A stretch of 64,000 bases of DNA, taken from the NCBI GenBank assembly GCA_965140415.1, contig OZ223209.1, positions 832,001-896,000 of the forward strand, given 5' to 3'. This document shows, one piece after another, positions 1 to 10,355 of this stretch; positions within the stretch are counted from its first letter, which is position 1, and every line of letters starts with the position of its first letter. Position numbers and translations under genes: made by a program. The DNA is from Myxococcota bacterium (GTDB lineage Bacteria > Myxococcota_A > SURF-8). The notes beneath the pieces are model-generated. The model did not search any database. It was not told where the DNA came from and was given only the letters and a program-made list of their open reading frames with translations.

Positions 1-1220
1 CGGAAGATCTGGCCGGTTACGTGCGCGGCGAAGCGTTGGCGTTTCACACGGTGGATGTCAGCAAAAGCGGACCGCCTTTCCAATTGCGCGACTATCAGGC
101 CGAAGCGGTTCGCACCTTTCATGCAGCCGGTGGTGTAAAAGGCGGATCCGGAGTGATTGTCATGCCTTGCGGCGCGGGAAAGACGATCATCGGCATTGGC
201 GTGATGGAAGCCGTGCAGGCATCCACCTTGATTATTACCACCAGCGTCACGGCGTTGCGACAATGGATCTCGGAATTATTGGACAAAACCGATCTTACAC
301 CGGATCAGATCGGAGAGTATTCCGGGCATCGAAAGGATGTCAAGCCGATCACCGTGACGACTTACCAGATTCTGACGCACCGTAAAAAGAAGTCCGACGA
401 GTTTCCGCATTTCGCGTTGTTCAACGAGCGCGACTGGGGCATGATCGTTTACGATGAAGTTCACGTGCTGCCTGCGCCGGTTTTTTCGATCACAGCCGAG
501 ATCCAGGCGCGCCGCCGGTTGGGATTGACGGCGACCCTCGTGCGGGAAGATGGCAAGGCCGAGGATGTCTTCGCGTTGATCGGTCCGAAAAAAGCGGATG
601 TTCCCTGGAAGGAATTGGAGAAAAGCGGCTGGATCGCCCCGGCGGTTTGTCGCGAGGTGCGTTTGCCGCTACCAACGAGCATACGCATGGATTACGCGCT
701 GGGTGATCGTCGGCAGCAGTTTCGGCTGGCCAGTGAAAATCCGGACAAGCTGGATCTCGTAATGGAAATTTTACGGCGGCACGCAGGCGAGCCGACTCTG
801 GTTATCGGGCAATATCTGGATCAACTGGAAGAAATTTCCAGAAGTATCGATGCGCCCATCATTACCGGTAAAACGCCGCAAGGCGCGCGCGACGAACTGT
901 ACCGGGAATTCCGCGAAGGTCGCCTGCCGGTGCTGGTTGTCAGCAAAGTCGCCAACTTCGCCATTGACCTTCCTGACGCCCGCGTGGCGATTCAGGTGTC
1001 CGGTACGTTTGGAAGTCGGCAGGAAGAGGCGCAACGATTGGGGCGGATTCTGCGACCGAAGGAAGACGGCGGGCGCGCTTACTTCTATACACTGGTGACC
1101 CGCGATACCTCCGAATTGGAATTTTCCCAGCATCGCCAGCTATTTCTAACCGAGCAGGGCTACGCCTATGAAATTCTCTTTGCGGATGCCCTGCTGGAGC
1201 GGGCGGAGACTGCCCAATGA
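1..1220 (+). CDS. XPB/Rad25-like SF2 DNA helicase, 5'-truncated by the window edge
   Basis: Walker A PCGAGKT, DEVH box, LGLTAT, SKVANFAIDLP and QEEAQRLGR motifs. The frame is open upstream of the called GTG (EDLAGYVRGEA from nt 3). Confidence 0.9.
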   Translation, partial: EDLAGYVRGEALAFHTVDVSKSGPPFQLRDYQAEAVRTFHAAGGVKGGSGVIVMPCGAGKTIIGIGVMEAVQASTLIITTSVTALRQWISELLDKTDLTPDQIGEYSGHRKDVKPITVTTYQILTHRKKKSDEFPHFALFNERDWGMIVYDEVHVLPAPVFSITAEIQARRRLGLTATLVREDGKAEDVFALIGPKKADVPWKELEKSGWIAPAVCREVRLPLPTSIRMDYALGDRRQQFRLASENPDKLDLVMEILRRHAGEPTLVIGQYLDQLEEISRSIDAPIITGKTPQGARDELYREFREGRLPVLVVSKVANFAIDLPDARVAIQVSGTFGSRQEEAQRLGRILRPKEDGGRAYFYTLVTRDTSELEFSQHRQLFLTEQGYAYEILFADALLERAETAQ

Positions 1221-1441
1221 CGCCGAAACCGCAGGCGATTCATCGCAATCTGGTCTTTTGCCAGATTTCCGATCCCGGCTTGTTCGAAGTCGTGACCGGC
1301 GATCCGATCCTGGCTCCGAAGATCGTGGCCCATTTCGAAGGTGGCGTTCTGGCCGTGCGGCGAACCGATGAAGACTCGCTGGTGGCGTTTCTGAATAAAA
1401 TAGGTGTGCGACCGCGCATGTTCGGGAGATGGCTGGCATGA
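1217..1441 (+). CDS. Small 74-aa protein resembling an internal domain of the downstream helicase-associated protein
   Basis: ATGA overlap with the XPB stop. Gapless 12/54 identity, by eye, to the segment encoded at 3445-3606. Confidence 0.65.
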   Translation: MTPKPQAIHRNLVFCQISDPGLFEVVTGDPILAPKIVAHFEGGVLAVRRTDEDSLVAFLNKIGVRPRMFGRWLA

Positions 1442-3933
1442 GTGGGGAGGTGAAGTACAATACCCGGCCCGAATCCTGTTTGAACGCTTACAGCAACAAA
1501 CTGTTACGCGAAATCGCCCAGCAATGGGATGTCGCCACGGCGAGCAAGGCGATCATGTCGAGTCAGTTGATGGATCGCTTATCCAGCCCGACCGTGGTTT
1601 CCTCGAAATTGAAAAAGCTGGAACTGGACGATCTGCGCTTGCTGGCGATTCTGAACGAATCTCCCGGCGGCGTCGCGATCTCCCTGCAATTTCTCCGTTC
1701 TGCTCACTTCAAAGGTGTGAGTCAGGTCAACTTTCGCTATAAAAGCTTATTGGGTATGGGATTGATTCTGGTTGCGATGGATGAAGGCGCGCAGCCCTTG
1801 CCGCATACCGCGGCTTACAATCTGGAATCCCGCTTGCCGGTGTATCTGTTACCGGTCGTGGCCGATCTGCTCCCGGAAATCGCGGCGCGTCCTCCGGTGT
1901 TCGACGATCCGGGCATCCCGATGGAAGGGACGCTGCGCAGCGACCGCCCGGTGAGAATTCTGCGGGAATTCGATCTGGTGCTGACGTATGTCGACGAGCA
2001 TCCGGTCGAGATCACCAAAGGGGGTCACATCAAGGTGACCTATATGAAGCGCATGCAGAAAACGCTGGCCGCTTATCTGCCATCGATCGGCAGCAGTCGT
2101 ATCCTGTTGTTATTGAACCTCTGCAATTCGCGCCAATTTCTCTCCGATCGCCAGCAGCCTTACCAATATCGATTGACACCCGAGGGATACCGGACCCAGC
2201 AAAAGGAACCGATAGAGAAACTGGCGTTGCTCTGGCAGGCCGCTACGGACCCTGGTTTCGATTTCGATCAACTCGAGTATTTCCGTCAATCGCAATTGAA
2301 CGACCGTTACCGGTCCTATTACGATCTTCAATACATGATGCTGCGGGTGCATGAGGATTGGCCTTTGTTGGCCGATATTCTCAAACTGGCCTCGCATGAC
2401 CGCTGGGTGCGCATTCAGGATCTGGTGGATTATGCCGGATCGGAATTTCCGTTCATGTTTTTCCGAATGTACAATCCCGGTTATGCGCCAAGCGCCCAGA
2501 TTCCGGAACGACCCAACGAAACGCAGCGAACCATCCAGCAAACGATTGTCGCCGGGTTTATCGAAGAGATCGCCTTTCCGCTGGGTGTGGTGGACTGGGC
2601 AATCGGACCCAAGCGCCGTCTACTGGTGCGGTTGACGGAGTTGGGTCAGTATCTGCTGGGCAAGATCGATCGTAAGGAATACGAACGCAACCGGAAAGCG
2701 CCGCTTGCCGTGGATGACGGCCATCCGGCGATTGTGGTGCAGCCGGATTTCGAAATCATTTCTTTTGCCGATCGCCTGCATTTTGAGGAATTGCAAAGTT
2801 TGTATGACGTAGCAATGCCGGTGGGCGATCCATCCCCCTCCGATCCGGTGCGGCGTTTCAAGCTGACGAAGGAAACCGTTCAGTGGGCCGTCAATCGCGG
2901 CCAGACACCCAATGGCATTCTTTCCAGGTTGCGCAAGTTAAACGGTACGGATCTGCCGGGGAATGTCGAAACGGAATTCAAGGAATGGGTAGGAAGCCTC
3001 GAACAGGCTACGGTGTACCGTGGTTTCGATCTGCTGCAATTTCATTCGCAGGCCCAGCGCGATAAGGCAATGTCCCGATATGACGACGCCCAGGCGGTTG
3101 GTGATCGCTTTTTATTGACCGCCGAAACGAAAGAAAAGGCGACGGAGAAGGATGTCGTCGACTACGAATCCCCGGTGGAAAAGACGCTCAGCGTTTCCGC
3201 TGAAGGCTTGTTGCAATTGCATGACAATAAGCCGCCTGACCTGCAAACCTTGTCGTTATTGGATGGATTGGCCGATTCCCGTGGGGGAAATCGCTGGATG
3301 ATCACCCGGCAGTTGGTGCAGCAGATGAACATGCCGCTAAACGAAATGGTGCGGCGGCTGGAAAAACGCTGTCACCATTTGCCTGCGCCGCTCTACGCCC
3401 GGCTTCAGGGCTGGGGCGGAGGTTCACCCGAATTGCCCAATGCCCTGCTTCGCGTCGTGGAAATTCAAGACGAGCGGATCGTACGCGGGCTCGTGAAAGA
3501 CAAGGCGGCGAGCCAATTCATTCGCGGAGCTATCGGCAAGAACCTGCTGGCCGTGGATGAAAAAGACTGGACCGCTTTTCAGGCGGCGCTGGAGGAGTTC
3601 GGATTGGCAGTCGATCCTAAACGCTCCCCTGATTTCGGCGATGCGAATCGTCCGATGCAGGAAGGGGAGGTGGATATGAATGATTTATCGGGATTCCAGC
3701 TTGTGGCAGGTAAGCAGAAACGGCAACTGTTGCAACAGGCGATTGATAAAGGCCGACCGATTGGGGTTTTATACCTGAAGCAACGCAATCGCTACGGCAG
3801 CCCGACATTGCAATGCGAACAACTGCTTGCCGAAAGTCTACCCGCGCAGAGAAACTGGGCGGTCTTTCTCGATTCCGCACTGGGATACCGCGTCGAAATC
3901 GAGTTACGTCACATCAAAGCGCTGCGGCTGTAA
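1429..3933 (+). CDS. XPB-associated protein with Helicase_C_3-like domain and possible C-terminal WYL-like domain
   Basis: IVVQPDFEII...FKLTKETVQWAVNRG...LPGNV pattern typical of Helicase_C_3; operonic with XPB; C-terminal LLQQAIDKGRPIGVLY...IELRHIKAL. Confidence 0.7.
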   Translation: MAGMSGEVKYNTRPESCLNAYSNKLLREIAQQWDVATASKAIMSSQLMDRLSSPTVVSSKLKKLELDDLRLLAILNESPGGVAISLQFLRSAHFKGVSQVNFRYKSLLGMGLILVAMDEGAQPLPHTAAYNLESRLPVYLLPVVADLLPEIAARPPVFDDPGIPMEGTLRSDRPVRILREFDLVLTYVDEHPVEITKGGHIKVTYMKRMQKTLAAYLPSIGSSRILLLLNLCNSRQFLSDRQQPYQYRLTPEGYRTQQKEPIEKLALLWQAATDPGFDFDQLEYFRQSQLNDRYRSYYDLQYMMLRVHEDWPLLADILKLASHDRWVRIQDLVDYAGSEFPFMFFRMYNPGYAPSAQIPERPNETQRTIQQTIVAGFIEEIAFPLGVVDWAIGPKRRLLVRLTELGQYLLGKIDRKEYERNRKAPLAVDDGHPAIVVQPDFEIISFADRLHFEELQSLYDVAMPVGDPSPSDPVRRFKLTKETVQWAVNRGQTPNGILSRLRKLNGTDLPGNVETEFKEWVGSLEQATVYRGFDLLQFHSQAQRDKAMSRYDDAQAVGDRFLLTAETKEKATEKDVVDYESPVEKTLSVSAEGLLQLHDNKPPDLQTLSLLDGLADSRGGNRWMITRQLVQQMNMPLNEMVRRLEKRCHHLPAPLYARLQGWGGGSPELPNALLRVVEIQDERIVRGLVKDKAASQFIRGAIGKNLLAVDEKDWTAFQAALEEFGLAVDPKRSPDFGDANRPMQEGEVDMNDLSGFQLVAGKQKRQLLQQAIDKGRPIGVLYLKQRNRYGSPTLQCEQLLAESLPAQRNWAVFLDSALGYRVEIELRHIKALRL

Positions 3934-3939
3934 GAGGCA

Positions 3940-4012
3940 GTAGGATGGGCAATTGCTTTGCCCATCAATCCGTTCGTTTGTCTGTGATGGGCATGGCAAA
4001 TGCCCATCCTAC
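3940..4012. repeat. GTAG-type REP doublet (REPIN), family 1
   Basis: GTAGGATGGGC...GCCCATC spacer GATGGGCATGGCAAATGCCCATCCTAC, lying between convergent genes. Related copies at 21801 and 37309. Confidence 0.85.
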
Positions 4013-4064
4013 AAGGTTATATCAACCGGCAGGGTAAATGTCTGACCCGACAATCCAATGCTCG

Positions 4065-5867
4065 CTATTGGCAGTACCATTTCATGTCGAAGGGATTGCT
4101 GCCGCCATCAATCGTAATGTTTAGGTTCTGCTGGAGTTGGGAACCGTCCACTGCCACTGGCGAGTTTTCACTGCCTGAGCCGCCAAGAGGATAACACCAG
4201 TAACCCAGGCTGGGGTCCGTATCGCTGGTGCCGATGAATGCCGCTAAATTCCAGTTGCCGCCCGCAATGGGAAAACCGGTGAAGGTGGTGCTGAAGTTGG
4301 CGCGCGAGCCGCTGAAGACCGCATCCGCCCAGCCGCCGACATCGGTGATTTCCGTCTCCATACTGAACGGCACCCAGGTAATGTCCCATTCCATTTCAAC
4401 GAACATCACGCGCGCCCAGATCGGCGTGGCGGAATCGAAGGTGGAATGAGTCACGGTCAAGGTGCCGCTGACTTCGGTAATCGGCATCTGGAAATCGATG
4501 CCGGTCCAGTCGCGTTTTACGGTGTCGCTCTGCTGTTGTGCGTCGAAACCGATTTCGAGATATTGCGCCGAGTACCATTTGGGGTAATAGGCGCCGGTCA
4601 AGTGGGTTTCATCCAGCACGGAAAGTGCGGCGACGATGTAGCGTTCGCCGTCCTGCAAATTTCCCAACGTGTAGGGAAGTTGCGTGCTGCCGTCGTTTTT
4701 AACCAGCAAGATGGTTTCCGCCTGGCAGAACTCCACCGGCTCTTCTTCCGGGTTTTCCGGCGTTACGGTCTGCGCCGAGCAAAGCGACACGCCCACCTGT
4801 TTTCCGGGGAGTGCGGCTGGTAATTCGATTATGCCGCTAATCGATCCCCAGTTGGGATCTTTTACGCCGATGTAGAACATCTCGTCAGTGTAGGATTGCT
4901 GTCCCTCGCGTTCGTCCAGTGAGATTTGGTAGGGACCATAGGGCGAATAGTACCCCAGAAGCGGCAGGCTTTCCCCGTAATCGACGATCGCCATCAAAAA
5001 GAAGTTGCCTCCGTTCAGGTTGGTCAACGAGAAGCTGCGGGCCATTTGATCGGGAGCAGGATTTAGAAACTGCACCGAACTGGGCCAGGCGTCGATGATA
5101 TTGTTGCCGCTTTCATCTACGCCCTTGAACTCCACCGCCATCAGATACACCCGTTTCTCCTGGTAGGCGCTGGAGAGCATCAGGGTGCCGCTGATCGAGC
5201 CTTTCTCGGGATTGTCCAGGCCGATGTACAAATCCACACTTTCGATATCGCGGAACTGCGGATCGATGGGAACGATGGAGACAATATCGGGATAGACGGC
5301 GCCGACGTCGTTACTGGCATCGTCATCATCGCCGACATCCACCCGCATCATCACGTAGTACTGCCCGCCGATCAACTCGGTGAAAGAATACAGTTCGGCG
5401 GTGTTGCCGCTGCCTGCCAATTCGATCTGTTTGAGCGGCGTGATGGAAAAGTCAGAATAGGGGTTTTCGTCGTACAGAAAAACGATGCGACGAACTCCGG
5501 CGTAGTCATTGCTGGCGAAGACCGTGCCTGAAATGCTGCCCAGTTGCGAAGGGTTCTCGTCGCCGTCAGTCATATCGCCATCGGTGTGATCACCATCGGC
5601 AATGTCGCCATCGGTGGTGTCGCCGTCAGTCGTATCGCCATCGGTTGTGTCACCATCGGTGCTATCGCCATCCGGCAGAGGGCTGTCTCCATCACTCGTA
5701 TCGCCATCGATGACGTCGTCGGTATCCGAGTCGCCATCCACAATGGAATCCCCATCGGGAGTGCCATCGCCGTCTGCTTCGTCGTCACTGTCGCCGCAGC
5801 CGCAGATCAACGATAACGAAAGCACTAACAATACAAATAAAAAAACACTCCAAACATTCCGTTTCAT
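4065..5867 (-). CDS. Putative lipoprotein with DGD-repeat linker and about 4 beta-sandwich modules
   Basis: Signal peptide ending LICGC; DGDTT tandem repeats; repeated GSISG/EVSGT module starts; GGAG RBS upstream. Confidence 0.8.
   Translation of the reverse strand: MKRNVWSVFLFVLLVLSLSLICGCGDSDDEADGDGTPDGDSIVDGDSDTDDVIDGDTSDGDSPLPDGDSTDGDTTDGDTTDGDTTDGDIADGDHTDGDMTDGDENPSQLGSISGTVFASNDYAGVRRIVFLYDENPYSDFSITPLKQIELAGSGNTAELYSFTELIGGQYYVMMRVDVGDDDDASNDVGAVYPDIVSIVPIDPQFRDIESVDLYIGLDNPEKGSISGTLMLSSAYQEKRVYLMAVEFKGVDESGNNIIDAWPSSVQFLNPAPDQMARSFSLTNLNGGNFFLMAIVDYGESLPLLGYYSPYGPYQISLDEREGQQSYTDEMFYIGVKDPNWGSISGIIELPAALPGKQVGVSLCSAQTVTPENPEEEPVEFCQAETILLVKNDGSTQLPYTLGNLQDGERYIVAALSVLDETHLTGAYYPKWYSAQYLEIGFDAQQQSDTVKRDWTGIDFQMPITEVSGTLTVTHSTFDSATPIWARVMFVEMEWDITWVPFSMETEITDVGGWADAVFSGSRANFSTTFTGFPIAGGNWNLAAFIGTSDTDPSLGYWCYPLGGSGSENSPVAVDGSQLQQNLNITIDGGSNPFDMKWYCQ
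5575..5775 (-). repeat. Coding 15-bp tandem repeats encoding DGDxx
   Basis: DGDST DGDTT DGDTT DGDTT DGDIA DGDHT DGDMT DGDE in the translation. Confidence 0.85.
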
Positions 5868-6061
5868 TTACTGCTCCTTCGGATTGGCTTGGCCGATTGT
5901 CTCTTTCAATTCATTACGAGCAACGGGTTGCTACTGAACAACAGGCAGGCTTAGCGTTCGGATAAAAGCAGGATCTCTCCCGCAGATAAAACGAACATTA
6001 CAAACACAATTTTTCAAAACCGGTAGGATCGTTGAACTGGATGTCGATTCGTGGTGAAAGG

Positions 6062-8065
6062 TTACAGATCGTCCGGTTCGCTTTTCAAAAATTCGTCCAA
6101 CTCCCGTACTGCGGTTTCGAAATCCACATCATCTTCATCAAGAGTAAATTCCGGGCTCGCAGGTTCGGTATCGATTGCAAGCATTTTCTTGGCCTCTTCC
6201 AATAAGGCCAAGGCTTCCGTTGCTTTCGAATCGCTGATTTTGCTAGACGCCTTTTTCTTCTTCTTGCGCTTTCCGTTGGATGGATCCTCGGATTGCGCTT
6301 CCTGCTCGCTTCGATCTTCAGTATCGGGAGCCTCAGCAGGTTCCGCATCCAGCCCAAAGGTTTCCTTGGGAACGTCGCTTGCGTCTGCAAGCGCGGCGGT
6401 TTGAATGACACCGGATTTGGAATTGTCGTACAAATCCTCTAAATCCAGGCTCCAGTCATCTTCCCCCAAGCCGTCTTCAGATGCGTCTGCCGCTTTGTCC
6501 GGTGAGAGTTGTTCGTCTTCGCTTTCAGCGCCATCCACGGAGAAGTCGTCCAGATCGGAGGACTCTTGCGATGTTTCCTTGTCTTTCGAGGAACCGAGTG
6601 CAGGTAAGGACGAATAAGAACCGCTGGGGGAATCCTCGAACTCGGGAGCTTCGGGAATGTCGAAGTCGAAGTCGTCCAGATCATCATCGGAATCATCCAA
6701 CTCGTTTTCCGATTTGGAAGAGGATTGATCCGCCTCAATCGGTCCGGATTCTTTCTGGACGCCGAATTCGAAACTTTCATCGTCCCAGTCGAGGTCTTTG
6801 TCTTTTCCATCCGGTTTGGCAGCGGAGGATGCTGCGCCTGGTTCTTCTATGTCGAAATCATCAAACGGGTCATCATCCAGGCTGAAGTGTTCGCCGTCGC
6901 TCTTTTCTTCCGATTCTTCTTCGATGTCGCTGAAGTCCAGATCGTTATCCATGCCAAAGGCGTGTTCCTGCCGCGTTTTGGTGGCTTCTTCCTGACGCTT
7001 GAGAATCTCATCGTCTTCATTGGCGAAATTCACCATGTTCAGGGAAAGGAAATCGCTGCTTTCTCCACTATCCGCTTCCGGCTTGTCATCCAATTCGATA
7101 AACGAATCGCTTTCCGCAGCGGAATCTTCCGTTTGCTCTTGCGGGCTGGGAGACTCCAGCTCGCCCATGTCAAGATCCAGATCCAGATCAATGCTGACAT
7201 CATCGAGTTCAATGCCACCTTCGGTTTCGATTTCCGGGGCGGCCTGAGTGCCTGTTTCGGTTACTGCGGCTACCGGCTCGATACCCAAGTCATCCGAATC
7301 CGCGATTTCCGAATCCTCAATCAAGTCAATGCCGGCGAAATCATCGTCCGCTTGTTTCGATTGCTCTTGCCCGGCTTCTTCTTCAACGTCGATTTCCACC
7401 GGCTCGGCTTCAAGAATCTCCGCCTGTTCGGGTTCTCCCTGCTCATCAGGAATTGGGGGAAGGGCGTCTGCTTGAATTTCAGGCAGTTTCTCGGGAGCAT
7501 CTTCGCTGGTGGAAGAAACCTCTCCCCAGGGATCCGGACTTGATGGAGCCGCTGTTTGTGTTGCTTCCGGATCGCGGTTGAAAGAAGGCCGTGTGCGTTT
7601 TCGTTTACCCGAAGGCCCTTTGACGGGTCTCAGGTAACGGTCAATGGCCATTTGTATTTGAGATGCCGTGGAAACCACGACCTTAACGGGCTTATGGGTG
7701 ATTTCCTCTATTTTTGCAAGAGTCTCTGCGGTGGTAGGATCGAAGAATGCGACATAAAGGACTTCTTCGTTGCCCTCGTTTTTCGTGGAAACCGGAATCA
7801 CCTGTAATTTTAGCGCCATTTCCCTGGGAATCAGCTTGGCGACGTAACCGGGTATGCGAAGTTGGTTGAGCATGACGAACGGAACGCCGAGTTGGGTGCT
7901 CAACGCCTGTGCCATTTCCTGTTCCGAAAACAGCTCGTCTTCCAGCATCAACTGAACGCAGGGGCGTTTTGTCGTACGCTCGCGAGCATTATAGCCCTCA
8001 AGTTGAACGTCATCTATAACGCCAGCCTCAACTAGAATTTTCCCCAGGCTAGAACCTGCTACCAT
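6062..8065 (-). CDS. MshEN/GspE-N domain protein with long acidic disordered C-terminus and no ATPase
   Basis: SLGKILVEAGVI...QALSTQLGVP...AFFDP N-terminal domain; remainder D/E/S-rich; no Walker motifs. ATG at 8065 preferred over the called start at 8071. Confidence 0.8.
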   Translation of the reverse strand: MVAGSSLGKILVEAGVIDDVQLEGYNARERTTKRPCVQLMLEDELFSEQEMAQALSTQLGVPFVMLNQLRIPGYVAKLIPREMALKLQVIPVSTKNEGNEEVLYVAFFDPTTAETLAKIEEITHKPVKVVVSTASQIQMAIDRYLRPVKGPSGKRKRTRPSFNRDPEATQTAAPSSPDPWGEVSSTSEDAPEKLPEIQADALPPIPDEQGEPEQAEILEAEPVEIDVEEEAGQEQSKQADDDFAGIDLIEDSEIADSDDLGIEPVAAVTETGTQAAPEIETEGGIELDDVSIDLDLDLDMGELESPSPQEQTEDSAAESDSFIELDDKPEADSGESSDFLSLNMVNFANEDDEILKRQEEATKTRQEHAFGMDNDLDFSDIEEESEEKSDGEHFSLDDDPFDDFDIEEPGAASSAAKPDGKDKDLDWDDESFEFGVQKESGPIEADQSSSKSENELDDSDDDLDDFDFDIPEAPEFEDSPSGSYSSLPALGSSKDKETSQESSDLDDFSVDGAESEDEQLSPDKAADASEDGLGEDDWSLDLEDLYDNSKSGVIQTAALADASDVPKETFGLDAEPAEAPDTEDRSEQEAQSEDPSNGKRKKKKKASSKISDSKATEALALLEEAKKMLAIDTEPASPEFTLDEDDVDFETAVRELDEFLKSEPDDL

Positions 8066-8248
8066 CTGCAACCTCTTTTACTTTCTCACTATTTCCGATT
8101 ATACATATCATTTGTCCGGGACACAACAAATTTCCTCGTCTTGCAACGTCTCGAAAATAACAAGGGAAAACGCGTTTTAGCCTTTGCATAACCTATTAGA
8201 ATTGTTGTAATATGACTTTGAATCAGGCTTCATCTACAGAAAGGGACG

Positions 8249-8782
8249 ATGCCAGTGAAACGGCAATGCGAGGCAAATCACCAACAAATTCTTCTGCTTG
8301 CTTTCTTGATGGCCCTCCTTTTCGGCTGTGCAAGTTCCAGCTATCGCGAGGGAATATTTGAAGATTCCTTTAACCGCTACCGAGTGCAGGCGCCCTCATC
8401 GGGGTGGAAGCAAGTCAAGGTAAAGCAGGCAAATCTCTCATTTTTCAATACCAGGGCAAACGCGGCGATCATGGTCAATTCGACCTGCGATACCTATCGC
8501 GACGCGCCACTTCGTGCGATGGCCAATCATATGTTCATTGGAATCGAAAACAAGACCTACCTGCTTCAGGAATCCCACAAGGTCGATGGCCGCGAGGCGG
8601 TTTACTCCGTGGTAAAGGGCATGCTGGACGGCGCGCCGATCAAGATTGCGGCGATCACAATCGCAAAAAATTATTGCACGTACGACCTGACCTATTCCGC
8701 GCCGCCGGAAACATTTGAAGATGGTTTAGCGGATTTCGAGCGACTGGTGGACAGCTTTTCTGTTCTGGAACGGAAGCGTTAA
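8249..8782 (+). CDS. Lipoprotein at the head of the MCE operon
   Basis: Lipobox LLFGC; stop codon 2 nt before the mlaE start. Confidence 0.75.
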   Translation: MPVKRQCEANHQQILLLAFLMALLFGCASSSYREGIFEDSFNRYRVQAPSSGWKQVKVKQANLSFFNTRANAAIMVNSTCDTYRDAPLRAMANHMFIGIENKTYLLQESHKVDGREAVYSVVKGMLDGAPIKIAAITIAKNYCTYDLTYSAPPETFEDGLADFERLVDSFSVLERKR

Positions 8783-8784
8783 GC

Positions 8785-9564
8785 ATGGCCGATTCGGAGA
8801 CTTTTCACAAAACAGTCAGTCTTGAATGGCTGCTCACATTATTGGGTGATCTGGGCATCCTGCTTGCGCAGGTGATCCACCGTATCTTTACCGGTGTACC
8901 CGAAGTGCGCGAAACGGCATATCAAATCCGCTTACTGGGTATCAAGTCCCTTGGAATTGCGGTGCTGACTGCCGTGTTCGCCGGTATGGTGCTGACTTTG
9001 CAATTCGGGACCAGCATGGCGCGTTTCGGTGCGCAGGAGATGGTCGGACAGGTTGTGGCCATCGCCATTTTGCGAGAGCTGGGTCCGGTCTTGACGGCCC
9101 TGATGGTCGGTGGGCGCATCGGTGCGGGAATGACTGCCGAACTCGGATCGATGAAAGTCACCGAGCAGATCGATGCTTTGCGCGTATTGGGTGCGGACCC
9201 GATCGCCAAGTTGATCGTCCCGCGTGTGTTGGCTTCGACGCTGATTATGCCGATTCTTACCGCCATTGCCGATATCGTTGGCGTATTGGGCGGGTTGATC
9301 ATCTCCAGCCTGGAATTCGGGATTTCCAGTAACTATTATTACTCCTCGATCATCGAAATTACGGAAATCAACGACTTTATGTCCGGTATCGGCAAGGCAG
9401 CGGTTTTCGGTTTCTGTATCGGGCTGATTGCTTGCCGCCAGGGATTCCAGACAAGTGGTGGTACGGAAGGTGTCGGTCAGTCGACGACTTCCACCGTGGT
9501 GATTGCTTCGGTAACGGTTCTGGTCGCCGATCTATTGTTGACCAAACTATTCATGGTACTGTAG
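8785..9564 (+). CDS. mlaE: MlaE-family ABC permease
   Basis: RELGPVLTALMVGGRIG, ELGSMKVTEQIDALRVLGADP and GGTEGVG motifs. Confidence 0.93.
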   Translation: MADSETFHKTVSLEWLLTLLGDLGILLAQVIHRIFTGVPEVRETAYQIRLLGIKSLGIAVLTAVFAGMVLTLQFGTSMARFGAQEMVGQVVAIAILRELGPVLTALMVGGRIGAGMTAELGSMKVTEQIDALRVLGADPIAKLIVPRVLASTLIMPILTAIADIVGVLGGLIISSLEFGISSNYYYSSIIEITEINDFMSGIGKAAVFGFCIGLIACRQGFQTSGGTEGVGQSTTSTVVIASVTVLVADLLLTKLFMVL

Positions 9565-9571
9565 GGAGCAG

Positions 9572-10339
9572 ATGGACGAACAGCGAGAAATCGTCATTTC
9601 CATTCACGATGTTCATAAGGCCTTTGGCAGTAACGTCGTTTTCGCCGGGTTGGATCTGGAGATCTACAAAGGTGAAACCATTACGATAATGGGTGGATCG
9701 GGAACGGGTAAAAGCGTTTCGCTGAAATTCATGGTCGGTTTGTTGACCGCCGATTCGGGCGATGTGCAGGTGCTGGGGCAGTCCACAAAGGGCCTGAAAG
9801 AAACGGAATGGCTCCCGATCCGTCGCAGGGTATCGATGTTGTTTCAATCCGGTGCCTTGTTCGATTCGCTTAACGTGCGGGAGAATATCGCCTATCCTTT
9901 GCGGATTCACTTTCCGGAACTGACACAAAAAGAGGTCGATATCAAGGTCGCGGAAAAACTGGAATTGGTCGGTTTGCCGGGTATCGAGCAGATGAAGCCC
10001 GCCGATCTTTCCGGCGGTATGCGAAAGCGCGTCGGTCTGGCGCGGGCCATTGCCACCGATCCGGAGGTGATTCTCTGGGATGAGCCGACTACCGGTCTCG
10101 ATCCGATAAATACCAGTCGTATCAACCTGTTGATCAGCCGTATGCAGCAGGTTCTCAAATGTACCAGCGTCGTCGTCACCCATGACATGGGCACCGCGTT
10201 TTCGGTCAGCGATCGAATCGCGTTTCTGCATGACAAGCGCATCGTTTTAACCGATACGGTAGAGCGGGTGAAAAACTCCGAGATTCCGGAAGTACGCAAT
10301 TTCATTACCGGCAAATTCGAAGGGCTTCTGGAAGAATAG
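9572..10339 (+). CDS. mlaF: MlaF-family ABC ATPase
   Basis: GGSGTGKS, FQSGALFDSL, LSGGMRKRVGLARA, DEPTTGLDP and VTHD motifs. Confidence 0.93.
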   Translation: MDEQREIVISIHDVHKAFGSNVVFAGLDLEIYKGETITIMGGSGTGKSVSLKFMVGLLTADSGDVQVLGQSTKGLKETEWLPIRRRVSMLFQSGALFDSLNVRENIAYPLRIHFPELTQKEVDIKVAEKLELVGLPGIEQMKPADLSGGMRKRVGLARAIATDPEVILWDEPTTGLDPINTSRINLLISRMQQVLKCTSVVVTHDMGTAFSVSDRIAFLHDKRIVLTDTVERVKNSEIPEVRNFITGKFEGLLEE

Positions 10340-10355
10340 GGAACGGGGAAAATAG

